The notes beneath the pieces were generated by a model. It was not told where the DNA came from. It made no database searches and worked only from the letters and a program-made list of their open reading frames with translations. Below, in pieces: positions 25,901 to 38,300 of a DNA stretch of 64,000 nucleotides. The stretch is taken from contig NC_069000.1 of NCBI RefSeq assembly GCF_001194135.2, positions 10,909,774-10,973,773 of the forward strand, in the 5' to 3' direction. Source of the stretch: Octopus bimaculoides (Eukaryota). Each line of letters starts with the position of its first letter. The stretch's first letter is position 1. The position numbers and the translations under genes were made by a program.

Positions 25901-27276
25901 TATTTTTAAGATCTCCGTTTGAAGACTAGTAAATTTTTTTATGTGTCCTTATTAGTGGTATCTAGATTCTTTGCTCGTCTTAACGGCTGTTCCGGAAAAT
26001 GATGAACTAACTCGAAATTAAGAGCCACATCACTGTCGTTGAAGGTTCGTGGCCAACTAGTTAGAATATTGCGCTAACGATCGTTAGTTGTTGTTTTCGG
26101 ATCAGTCGATGCGTTGTATCTTTGAGCAAAGCACTTCGTTTCATATTAACCCAGTGCAATCAGCTGAAAATGGTTACCACTGGCACCCAGAAGTTAACTC
26201 TTTGACGGACCGACGTCCTGTCCTGTAAAACATCTTGAAAAGTTCGGATAAGGCCTGACCTGAACGTGTAGGCTCAAGATTGACATATTAACAGTCATTG
26301 ATTAGAATCAATTGTGCCAACTTATAGCCATGGAATAAGGACTTGCACAAAATTCCTGATCAAAAGTTACTATGAAAACGGCGTATCTTGTGTACCACAA
26401 AACCACGTTGGTGATAGAAGTGCTGAGGTAGTGACATAGCATAGGTCTTGGCCATCTGTTCCTCAGACGCAACATAGCTTCCGGCTGCAGCACATACCCG
26501 TATAAAATAGTGTCCGCTCTAATGCGATGTGCACAATGCTCTCTTTCCGATTTTTGAGTAATGGCTTGTTTCGGTTTCCATCGTGTGGGCGGATGTGTGG
26601 GTGGCTTTATAATGAACTGGGGAAATTAAGGACGTGATCATGATATCGTTAACCACTCAGGAATTTTTTGCAAATCCTGTAATTGGATACGTGTGTATTT
26701 ACTAGAGACGAAGCCGTGTGTTTTCATGCAAATTGCCAGATTTGAAGGCCACTTACGAAACAAGACGTGTTATAATTTTTTTCTTCTTGTTTATAAATGT
26801 TTAGGTGGAGCTGTGAAAGTTTAGTGCGGCATTTAAAATATTTTTAAAAATAAATTTTGTATCTATTTTAGGTTGACGTAAAGTGAAACTGTTCTGGCAT
26901 CTCGCTCTTTTATTTAGAATAAATGTTTGGTATGAAGTGAGAATTCTTTCGTTTCGGTTGTAGTAGGAAGAGGTGGGGGTCAGTGAATGGCAGAATCCAG
27001 TCATGAAATAATAGGTGCTACTGAGTCAATTGAATCAACTGTAACCGTCTTCTTTACAAATTTGTTCTGGTTCTGTACGTTCTGAGTTCAATTGTTGTCG
27101 GGGTCAACTTCACCATTAAAAAAGGCCGTTGAAATAAAATACTCGACAAGTTATACAATCAATAGTTCTCGTTCCTCTCCTCAACCTGGTTTTGTGTCTA
27201 TATAAGAAAGGATGGAAGGCCAGAGCTCAAGTATCAAATCGGATGGAGGGAGATTATCATCATCATTATCATCATC

Positions 27277-27680
27277 AAGGCGGTGAGCTGGCAGAATCGT
27301 TAGCAGGCTGAACTAAATGCTCAGCAGTATTTCGTCCGTCCTTACGTTCCGAGTTCAAATTCCGCCGAGGTCGACTTTGTCTTTCATTCTTTCGGGGGTC
27401 AATAAGATAAGTACCAGTTGAGCACTGGGTTATTATTATTGTTGTTGTTGTTAAGGCAGCAAGCTGGCTGAATCGTTTGCACGCCGGGCGACATATTTTT
27501 TTGGTATTTCTTCTGTTGTTACGTTCTGAGTTCAAATTCCGCCAAGGTCGACTTTGCCTTTTATCCTTTCGGGGTCGATAAATTAAGCACCAGTCAAATA
27601 CTGGTTCGATGTGATCGACTTACCCTTCTCCCAAAATTTCAGGCCTTGTGCCTTTAGTAGAAAGGATTATTATTATTAAT
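27277..27680 (+). mobile_element. two tandem family B SINEs
   Basis: aaggcggtgagctggcagaatcgttagc... and aaggcagcaagctggctgaatcgtttgc..., each with ttcaaattccgcc..ggtcgactttg. Confidence 0.85.
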
Positions 27681-28488
27681 AATATTGTTGTTATTCAGGT
27701 TGAGAATGTGCGTAGCCTAACGGTTAAAGTTTTTGGTCTGCGATCGTAAGGTTGGAGGGTTCGATTCATGCTGTTCCTGCCTAATCGTTCGATAATGAGC
27801 ACCAGCTAGCTGTTGTATTCTCGATTTTCAGTTGGGTCAAGTGCGGGTTGGCCGAGAGTATGTCGATACCTTGGTTACCAATACAGAGGCCCTTAAATGA
27901 CAGCGAAAACTCGATGTTTGCTCCCAAGTTATCTCACTCGCTTATGAATGGTAGCCATGATTTGTTTAGTCCGTAATTGGATTCTAATTTTAATCTTTAA
28001 TAAAGTAAAATGAAACATTGTGCTATCAGTAATTGGTGCGGTCTGTCCGGCCTTATACACTTTAGCATATTATCTGATCCTGATCCTAATCCTAATCCTG
28101 CCAGCTCGTCAGCTTCAAAATATTGGTTCGATTTTTTTATAATTTTCGAACAACTTTAAAAGTAAGAAGTGAAGGACATTTCCTGGTGGAGGATACTCCA
28201 TACGGAAGTCCGAGTCGAATTCGTTCTGACGAGGGCTTCATTTCATTAGGTTATCAGTCGAAAGACCCATACAAAACTAACTTCATAACTTGAAAATATA
28301 CGCTCAAAGCTAGAGGGGATGAAGGGTAAGGCGTATCTCGATGCAAACCACAGGAAATTCATATCTCCATGAAAGAAACTTTGTATCTTCTAGTAAAAAA
28401 AAAAATATCCTTTCAAATACCCTGTCTGTGTTTAGTTTTTATATCCTTTCTTTTTCTCTCGGACAAAATAAATATCGATGAGTCAACC

Positions 28489-28524
<36 letters not shown>

Positions 28525-30671
28525 ATCTTGTCATCAGAAATGCGTCTCTTAGAACATGACTTATTTTTAAGTTCACATTCTCCACAAGTCACTGTGACAT
28601 CCTGTAACTCTTGCACGCGCACTTAATCGACTATTCAGGGTTAGACTCGGGATACTGGCCAGTAATTTTGAAAGGAGAAAAATTTACTAAAGACACTTAG
28701 ATGTTAGTTGCACTATTAAAACATTCTATCATAGCAAAAAAAAAACTTCATTTAGATAGATAGATAGTTCTCTTAAAACTATCCACCTTAGTGTGTGCAA
28801 ATTGAAGGTTACTTATTTACACAAAATGCTTCTCGGTTGAAAATATATGCACAAGCTGTTTCAATCGAATATTTAGAGGTTTGTTTCGTTTGTGGACAGT
28901 GTGAAAGTTGTATGTGAATTAGAGTAGTTGCTCATTATAATTACGCAATTTTTATGCTTGAACTTCTTGCTAAAGCCATAATTTTTCCCAGAATGTCTGA
29001 TTGTGTGTTATGTACCTATATATATATATGTACGTCATATCTCACTGGCAGATAAGAATTCATATGAGATTGTTTTTGTTTTGCCTTTTTTTTTTATTAT
29101 TTCATTAATGTGCGTTTTCATTGCGTTTCAATAACTTTTCCTCTGCATTCATTTACCGACGTTGGTGTCTGAGGGTTTTATTTCCATATATATATATAAC
29201 GCGTTTGTGTAATCTAGAACAGTCTGTCCATAAAATAGACATATAATCGAAGTATNNNNNNNNNNNNNNNNNNNNNNNNNNNNNNNNNNNNNNNNNNNNN
29301 NNNNNNNNNNNNNNNNNNNNNNNNNNNNNNNNNNNNNNNNNNNNNNNNNNNNNNNNNNNNNNNNNNNNNNNNNNNNNNNNNNNNNNNNNNNNNNNNNNNN
29401 NNNNNNNNNNNNNNNNNNNNNNNNNNNNNNNNNNNNNNNNNNNNNNNNNNNNNNNNNNNNNNNNNNNNNNNNNNNNNNNNNNNNNNNNNNNNNNNNNNNN
29501 NNNNNNNNNNNNNNNNNNNNNNNNNNNNNNNNNNNNNNNNNNNNNNNNNNNNNNNNNNNNNNNNNNNNNNNNNNNNNNNNNNNNNNNNNNNNNNNNNNNN
29601 NNNNNNNNNNNNNNNNNNNNNNNNNNNNNNNNNNNNNNNNNNNNNNNNNNNNNNNNNNNNNNNNNNNNNNNNNNNNNNNNNNNNNNNNNNTTGATTGAAC
29701 AGACTTATAATAAAAACCGTTCCTGTTCTGACCATCACGTCTTTCCTCCTTCCATACACAGTGCACTCAAGGCCACAACATCCGATGACCTTTTCTAAGA
29801 CGATATATAGAGTGTAATTTGAGGGATTTTTGGCTACTATTTCTAGCAGTCCGTTTGATCGTCGTTCGATCAGGTTTGCTGACAATTTCATTTTACCTCG
29901 AAAAAATAGGTTAACATATATCACAAAAACATTAAGCTGTGTGTGTGTGTGAAAGAGAAGAGGGCGGGGCCTTTATTCTGTTCAATCAAGCCTTCACAGA
30001 AAGCTGATGTCTATTTTTAGTAACTAAGCATAGTTCCCAAATAAGTAGTTCTTAATGTATACTCACTATCAATTAGTTTTCCTGCAACAGCTTTTTTTAC
30101 TTCGACTGAAACTGAATTTTCAATTAACTTTTCACCCGACAGACAGTTTGATTTGCTGGATCAGCTGAGCGCTGGAGAAAAACTACCTTTTAGCAATGGG
30201 TACAACTGAGCAATCGCTTCGGGATTAAGGTGGGAACGGACTGAAGGAGCCAGAAGCCTGTGTATGTTGTTACCTCGCTCGAGGGCCTATAATGCTGCTC
30301 TGGTGGCCCTGCCTTTTCGTATTTGCTTATGTCTTGATCTGAAAGTCTTCCATCTGGATCGACTTTACCTTTCATCCTTTCGGGGGTCGATAAGGTCGAT
30401 TCTACTTAATGCCCTTCTTGGCAGTATCCCACCCAGCATGGCCCCATCTAATAATGCCTGCAGCCATCAATTCGTTGATAACAATTTAGTTTCTTTTTCG
30501 TTAACAGCTTTTATTCTTAAAATTACGCTTTTCCACACTAATGTGGATTGCCTTTTACAAGGGTAGAGTGGACAAATTACCATGTTTAATGAATTCAGGA
30601 TAGATTTATTATCATTATTCGTTAATTGTTCGACAAAGGGGTATAAACGCGTTTATTCGTTAAAGGCACAA

Positions 30672-31130
30672 GCATAACTATATGGTTAAGAAGTTCGCTT
30701 CGCAACTACGTGATTTTGTGTTCGGCCTTACTGCACGGAACTTCGGGCAAATGTCTCCTACTATAGTCCCAGGGTGACCAATGCCTTGGTCGGCAGAAAG
30801 TGTGGGCGAGCTGACAGAAACGTTAGCGCGCCGGGCGAAATGCTTATCAGTGTTTTTGTCTGCCGTTACGTTCTGAGTTCAAATTCCGCCGAGGTCGACT
30901 TAATCCCTTTGTCTGTCCTTGTTTGACCCCTCTATGTTTAGCCCCTTGTGGGCAAGCCCGTCGTATGTATGTATGTATGTATGTACGTAAGTAAGTCTGT
31001 CTTTGTGATTTTTGCCTTCTTCCTCTCCTCAAACACACTCACATAAACCGCTTGACAATTACGTTCCTGTAATTTAGCAGTTCAGCAGAAGAGGTCGACA
31101 AAAATAGCAGACTTTTAAAAAAATAATTAC
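30672..31130 (+). mobile_element. family A SINE interrupted by an internally deleted family B SINE (30805-30955)
   Basis: A head, then a B body with gaggtcgactt fused directly to aatccctttgtctgtcc, then A resumes at aagcccgtcgtat. Confidence 0.7.
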
Positions 31131-31766
31131 TGAGGTGGCAGTACCCCACTACAGGGTACTGAAACAAGGAAAAGAGTTGGGGTCTTTTTGTTTGTTTCTT
31201 TGGCTGTGGGGTAAGTCTCGGTGGTTGAATCGTTGAACGTCATTGGATTCGTTCGATCTATCTGTCGAAATCTTAACTCCCATCGTCAGCCAGTTAGCTC
31301 TTTATAACTAATTTGAATGCCTGGTTCCTCGTTTTTACCAAATTCAAACGAGTCCAACAGGAACGAAATGCTCACCTGAATTTATTATGGATAACAATTT
31401 AGAAATAATAGCATGAATGGTGTTTTGTTTTGTTTTTTTACTTTCTGCTGTTAGTTACGAAAGTTATTAGTTTAATCGATTTTCGAACTCTCAAACAAAG
31501 GATGAATAGAACATCTGCAATTGTTGTTGTCGTCCTTGTTGCTTTCAATGCAAAATTTTTCTGTAGTAATCATGGTTTTCTTGGTTATAATTTAATTACT
31601 ATGGTCGTCATGCAATTTATTTTAGTTTTTAATTATTGTTGGAAAAAAATTTTTTTTAATGTTATTTGCTGCTTGTTTTACGAGTCACTTGATCTAAGGT
31701 CGTATGAGGAAGCCTGAAGCAATTACACTGTCCATTTAAAACTCACACATGGCTGTGTTATATATA

Positions 31767-31802
<36 letters not shown>

Positions 31803-31842
31803 TGTATACGCGATGTTGTATGTATGAAATTAACAACACTGG

Positions 31843-32030
31843 TAAGGCGGCGTGCTGGCAGAATCGTTAACACGCCGGGCGAAATGCTTAGCGGTATTTC
31901 GTCTGTCGTTACGTTCTGAGTTCAAATTCCGCCGAGGTCGACTTGACCTTTTATTCTTTCGGGGTCGATCTAATCGACTGCCTCCTCCCCAAAAAAATTC
32001 AGGCTTTGTGCCTATAGTAGAAAAGGATTA
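31843..32030 (+). mobile_element. family B SINE, CpGs largely intact
   Basis: aaggcggcgtgctggcagaatcgttaacacgccgggcgaaatgcttagcggtatttcgtctgtcgttacgttctgagttcaaattccgccgaggtcgac. Confidence 0.85.
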
Positions 32031-32104
32031 ACAACACTAGTGCATTGAACAGAAATACCTTATATATTTCCAGTTATTTCCTTTAAGCTGAGAGGGCGGC
32101 TTAC

Positions 32105-32154
32105 CTTTTCGTCCCTTGCGAGATCGACAAAATAAATAGCAGCTGAAGTATCAT
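32105..32154 (-). CDS. candidate first coding exon, signal-peptide-like (MILQLLFILSISQGTK-R)
   Basis: ATG at 32154, hydrophobic core, strong donor AAG|GTAAGC at 32104, phase 2; upstream sequence lies in a gap. Confidence 0.4.
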
Positions 32155-33141
32155 TGTTCCGNNNNNNNNNNNNNNNNNNNNNNNNNNNNNNNNNNNNNNN
32201 NNNNNNNNNNNNNNNNNNNNNNNNNNNNNNNNNNNNNNNNNNNNNNNNNNNNNNNNNNNNNNNNNNNNNNNNNNNNNNNNNNNNNNNNNNNNNNNNNNNN
32301 NNNNNNNNNNNNNNNNNNNNNNNNNNNNNNNNNNNNNNNNNNNNNNNNNNNNNNNNNNNNNNNNNNNNNNNNNNNNNNNNNNNNNNNNNNNNNNNNNNNN
32401 NNNNNNNNNNNNNNNNNNNNNNNNNNNNNNNNNNNNNNNNNNNNNNNNNNNNNNNNNNNNNNNNNNNNNNNNNNNNNNNNNNNNNNNNNNNNNNNNNNNN
32501 NNNNNNNNNNNNNNNNNNNNNNNNNNNNNNNNNNNNNNNNNNNNNNNNNNNNNNNNNNNNNNNNNNNNNNNNNNNNNNNNNNNNNNNNNNNNNNNNNNNN
32601 NNNNNNNNNNNNNNNNNNNNNNNNNNNNNNNNNNNNNNNNNNNNNNNNNNNNNNNNNNNNNNNNNNNNNNNNNNNNNNNNNNNNNNNNNNNNNNNNNNNN
32701 NNNNNNNNNNNNNNNNNNNNNNNNNNNNNNNNNNNNNNNNNNNNNNNNNNNNNNNNNNNNNNNNNNNNNNNNNNNNNNNNNNNNNNNNNNNNNNNNNNNN
32801 NNNNNNNNNNNNNNNNNNNNNNNNNNNNNNNNNNNNNNNNNNNNNNNNNNNNNNNNNNNNNNNNNNNNNNNNNNNNNNNNNNNNNNNNNNNNNNNNNNNN
32901 NNNNNNNNNNNNNNNNNNNNNNNNNNNNNNNNNNNNNNNNNNNNNNNNNNNNNNNNNNNNNNNNNNNNNNNNNNNNNNNNNNNNNNNNNNNNNNNNNNNN
33001 NNNNNNNNNNNNNNNNNNNNNNNNNNNNNNNNNNNNNNNNNNNNNNNNNNNNNNNNNNNNNNNNNNNNNNNNNNNNNNNNNNNNNNNNNNNNNNNNNNNN
33101 NNNNNNNNNGGGGGGGGGGGTTGAGAGTGTCGGAAGTAAGT
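32155..33141. promoter_or_regulatory. inferred bidirectional promoter, mostly within the N gap
   Basis: minus donor GTAAGC at 32104 and plus donor GTAAGT at 33136 point away from each other; G-run and ETS-like cggaagt at the gap edge; CpG-rich surroundings. Confidence 0.35.
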
Positions 33142-34844
33142 AAGGAACGAAAACGGACATGATGTATTTGAATTTACTACGTCATTGTACATCATGTAGT
33201 AGATAATACTGAAGGTGGTTACATGTGGTGTGAGGGTGGTACTTCGCCACTCGGAGTGTTGGACGTCGCGTTCTCTTATATGATATTATCGCTGCACGAT
33301 TACATGGAAGAAAATTCGACAAAAACCACCACCTTCTCTTCTACACAACAGCTTAATCACGTCAGACTGGCACTGTGCCAGTACGATAATGTTTCTACTA
33401 CTCATTCTGCCAAATTATTCAGAACGTTTCTCCAATGTCATAAATTAAGGCTTTCATTTTAGCTCATAACACATTCTTCAAGCCTGAACCTCTCTGAAAA
33501 TTTATGACTGATATCGGAGTACTTTTGAAAGCAAGAGATCTTTTATCTGTAACGACACAGGAAGGATGTTATGAATTAATTCACATAATCGGAAAAAGAT
33601 TACCAGTGTTGTAATAAAAATGGTTTTTTTAAAAAATTACACGGCAACAATGCCGTAAAATGTTTTGGCTGAACATTTTCCCCCCTTAATATGAATGTCT
33701 TGGGGGTAATTTTTTTTTTATAAGCTAATAGAGGGACTGTGTTCACAACCGTTACATACCTTCCCATTAAAAAAAAAGAAAGAACTACGCAATAACAATT
33801 CTGTTAAACGTTTTGAGTAAACCTTTTTTTTTTTTAATCTGAACCTTTTTGGGAGTCTTTTGTTTTTTATAAGTTAATCGAGAAGCTGTGCTCTGTTCAT
33901 TGCACGCCTTACTANNNNNNNNNNNNNNNNNNNNNNNNNNNNNNNNNNNNNNNNNNNNNNNNNNNNNNNNNNNNNNNNNNNNNNNNNNNNNNNNNNNNNN
34001 NNNNNNNNNNNNNNNNNNNNNNNNNNNNNNNNNNNNNNNNNNNNNNNNNNNNNNNNNNNNNNNNNNNNNNNNNNNNNNNNNNNNNNNNNNNNNNNNNNNN
34101 NNNNNNNNNNNNNNNNNNNNNNNNNNNNNNNNNNNNNNNNNNNNNNNNNNNNNNNNNNNNNNNNNNNNNNNNNNNNNNNNNNNNNNNNNNNNNNNNNNNN
34201 NNNNNNNNNNNNNNNNNNNNNNNNNNNNNNNNNNNNNNNNNNNNNNNNNNNNNNNNNNNNNNNNNNNNNNNNNNNNNNNNNNNNNNNNNNNNNNNNNNNN
34301 NNNNNNNNNNNNNNNNNNNNNNNNNNNNNNNNNNNNNNNNNNNNNNNNNNNNNNNNNNNNNNNNNNNNTTAAGTCTCTAGTTTCACTAAATTTTAATTAA
34401 TTTTTTCAGCCATACTTTTTGTTTTCTTTTTAAAGTTTTTGACACCAGAGTAATCCAGTTAAGGTTTTCAAAACGGCCATATTATATTTTGACGAATAAT
34501 AATTATATTGTTTTATAAATTATTTTATCTTTTAAACACAAAACTACGCTAAGAAAATAGATTAATAAAACACAGCGAGGAAGCATTTTTTATTGTTCGA
34601 TTCTTACGACCTCAATAGCGGACACTTACACTTTTAATTCACTGAATCTAGGTCACGGGTATACAGTTCTAAAAGAAAATAGAGGCTGGACTTTGTCTGC
34701 ATGTGAGAGAAGTATTGATCTACTAATCGTGTAGATTATTTTGGTAATCGAAGTTTTTCGATTGATTCTTACTTATGCGAAACACCCGCTGTATGAGTAT
34801 TTTGTGTACATGGCTCCCTTCTGAGGTACTTTTCTTAAGACCAT

Positions 34845-35240
34845 GAGCAAAGGCTTGAAATTTGGGGGAAGTGGGGTTAGTCGATTACATCCATCCCACT
34901 AGTACTTATCTTATTGACCCCGAAAGGATGAAAGATAAAGTTGACTTTGGCAGAATTTGAACTGAGAACATCAAGCCGGAAGGAATGCCGCTAAGCGTTT
35001 TGTCCGGCGTGCTTACGATTCTGCCAGCTTGCCGCCCATATTGGTTTTAATAATCCTTTCTGCTATAGGCACAGGGCCTGAATTCGGGAGTGGAGGGAGC
35101 AAGTACCCCAGTACTCAACCGGTACTTATTTTGTCGACCTCGGCGGAATTTGAACTCAGAACGTAAAGACGGGCGGAATGTCGCTAAGCATTTTGTCCGG
35201 CGTGCTACCGACTCTGCCACCGACTCTGCCACCTCGCCAC
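34845..35240 (-). mobile_element. two tandem family B SINEs
   Basis: cgaaaggatgaaagataaagttgactttggcagaatttgaac and gtcgacctcggcggaatttgaactcagaacgtaaagacgg. Confidence 0.8.
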
Positions 35241-35271
35241 TTTTTTTTTTGTGTGTGTGTGTTAATAAGTG

Positions 35272-35310
35272 CCGGAAGTAAGGTGTTTTCGCTTTCCGTT
35301 GGCCAATCAG
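35272..35310 (+). promoter_or_regulatory. ETS-type site (CCGGAAGT) plus CCAAT box, possible alternative promoter
   Basis: ccggaagt 35272-35279, ccaat 35303-35307; short motifs only. Confidence 0.25.
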
Positions 35311-38300
35311 GTTTCTCGATATTACAGCTCCCTTTGTTGTTTCTTTCCATTGGTGAAGTTTAGTTTTTCCCCAGGTGAGATTGAATATTGCATCGCACCG
35401 CACATTATCCTTTATCCCTCTTGCGCGTGAACATGTTTTCAGATGCAGCAAAAATTNNNNNNNNNNGATTGAATATTGCATCGCACCGCACATTATCCTT
35501 TATCCCTCTTGCGCGTGAACATGTTTTCAGATGCAGCAAAAATTGAAATCTTCCCCCATCACTGTCCTAAATAGCCCATGCAAATATATATTTTCCATTT
35601 TAAGCAGCTATTTTAGACAGGTTTGTTTTCAATTCTTTTCTTTATTTCCTTTTTTTTTTTTTTTTCAAGTTTTCTTATAAGTTAGCAAACTTCTTTTAAG
35701 TAATTTAGTTTTGGTTTGTTTGTTTGTTATTTTAGCAATTTTAGTTATTGGATTGCTACAATCCTAGAGCGTCGCCTTCGCGGGGCAATCAATCGATTTG
35801 TATCGACTAAATTATTCCTATTATAATGTCTATTTTGTCGCTTTCTGTATATCGAATGGCAGGTGGTTTAGCTTCTCCAACGGACATACAATTTGGCGGA
35901 CAAGATACCGCAAGAAGTGCTTGTTGTTATTTAAACACATATTTGTGTATGTTCATCTTATAAGTGATTGATACGTCGCGTTTTTATTACTTAGTAAAAT
36001 ATTGCCCTATTTGTCTTACTCGGTTTTTATTTATGATGTATAAAAACCATACCATCAAAAAGCACCTTTGCGTTCCTTTTGTATTCCAGCGCCGGGACAC
36101 TTGACAAATTGTTAATTAATTCTCTGAGTGCAATTTTACTGTGACCTAAAAATAAAAGCAGAGAACAAATTCTATGTCAGTAACTCTGTGTGGTTAATTA
36201 ATTAGCTATTTGCTTGTTGGGAGATTAAGTAGGGAGAATGTGGCCCTTTTTTACCAAGCCTCAGAACGCTTTTGATCCTATTCGTTTTGGTTTTCAATAT
36301 TCGCTCCTTTTTTTTTTCCTCTTCCTGTGGCTTTGTTTAATTTTTTCTTTCTTTTTTTTTATTGCAACTTTGCGAATAAAAAAAAAATTAATAGTTTTTA
36401 ATTGTGTTGCGAAAAACATGTTCAATCATTCCAGTAGTGTACAATATGGTTTTGTGGTGTTGTTTTAGACCTAGTGATCGAACAAGCATTTGATCAGAAA
36501 AGACATAACAGTCGGAGATCCGACTGTTATTTCTAACAACTCGAACGGTCACTTCGAAGTACCTTTGTAGGCGCTGTTCGCTGACATTTTTGGGGGTGGG
36601 GGTGGAGTGTAAACATAAAAATTATTTTTAAATTCATCAAAAAAGCCCCCTTGTGGACAGTGTGGCCTGTGGCAACTTCCTATGAGGTTATTGTGGCCTG
36701 GTGTCGCTAAAGTTTATTGTCCAGCTATCACCACAGTCGATTGAGTGAGTAAGTACTTCGTCACTTCAAGCTTGTCTGTGTGTGAAGCCCTAAAAAAAAA
36801 ACGAAAACATTCTGAAATTTTGTATTCGTAGTTTATATAAATAGGAGGAAATTTCCAGTTGTTCTTACCGTATTTTCTGCTTTCTCAGCATCAAAAAAAT
36901 AAAGGTTTATTTACATTCTTTTCATATTTTTCTTTCTTTTGTTATATTAACTAAGAAAAAAAAAAGCGAGTCAACTGAAATAAGACTGCAATGATACTTT
37001 ATATAAAAGATATGTTTATAGAAAAATATCAATGAGGCAAAATAAAATTGAATTATTATTTATTCTTTTTAAAAATAACAATCATCGTTGTGAAGTGTTT
37101 CAGTTTATTCGCCCTTTTTTTTTTTCCGTGGTTTTGGCAATTGAATTTTTAAAACTACGTATAAACTCGAGGGGGTAAAAAAGCCTTTTGCTCTTATTCA
37201 AACTGAGGAGTTAATTATAATTTTCGATTTATTTTATTTTCGCGTATTGATTCGTAGTCATTAATGTTTGGTCGGTGAAATTTTTAAAAAACTACATTGT
37301 GCTAACGACGAACATTGGGATTTAATTTGTGATCCAAAATTGTATTTTTTTTTTATTAACAACTTTGTAACCAAAATGTTGCCTCTCCAGTTGATTTAAT
37401 TATGCCATTGTTGTTAATCACTTAGCTTTAATTCTAAGCGTTCGTATCCGATCTGACATAATTTATAATTTATTACGTGTACAGAAGTTAGTTGTTAAAA
37501 TCTCTAATTGCATCACACACACACACTTATGCAGAAATGCTCATGGATGGCCACAAATGGGTAGAGACTAGCAGAAATTGATCTCGGTATCTCCCGTTAG
37601 AAATATTTGTCTGGTCAACCGCTTCACAGATAATGTACACGCGCGCGGATTTGCAGATTAAACAAAATATTTGTGAATCTTGATGCCCTTATCAAAACAT
37701 TGATTTACAATTTCCACAGTTTCAGTTTGCCAACCTCGGTCGAACTGACCTGTGGTCGTAGGTGTTCAGTCCACTACTGTTATGACATTGTCCTGTCACC
37801 TGTTTTTAGGACTGCGTAATTTCCAAATCACACAGCCAGTATCTGTTGGAGTTTTGAGCGATCGCGCGCACACAGTCCCTCTTCGAATCGTCTCAAATGA
37901 TACATATATTGTGTGTGTTAGTGTATGGTCCCGGTGTAGCGATTTTAGATTAACCCATTTCGCCTCGTAATTTAGATAGGCATTCAATTTATCTGTAAAT
38001 AGAATGGGATCGATATGAAATTACCTCTGGGTAGTTGGAAGGTCATTTCATTCCTGCCGCATAAGAAGAACAAGTAGTAGTTTGTGAAATCAGGTTCAGA
38101 CTGACTGAGGGCGATATAGAATTGATTTCAAATTATCAGTGGAGTAACTTGGGACGGGGGGCGGGGGATTAGCTTGAAGCTTTGGTAGATCTAGGTGTAT
38201 ATTATCGGACCTGCCCTTTCATTTTTAAGACAGTAAGGTAGTATTTGAAAGAGATTTTGACTGCTCTTTCAAAAATCATCCTACTCTTGTGATTGAACGG

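Noticed and set aside
26330-26520. LIKSYYENGVSCV, weakly resembling a Tc1-type N-terminal helix-turn-helix
   Set aside because: Too short; the downstream frames do not continue the similarity.
27705-27790. tRNA-like A and B boxes (also the heads of families A, B and D)
   Set aside because: No complete cloverleaf; these are tRNA-derived SINE heads, not tRNA genes.
28226-28270. CTGACGAG...agtcGAAA hammerhead-like core
   Set aside because: Stem II is plausible, but there is no stem III/NUH triplet and no stem I partner on either side.
35379-35543. Direct repeat of about 78 nt around a 10-N gap (similarly 38325-38410)
   Set aside because: Typical overlap (negative-gap) scaffolding artefact.
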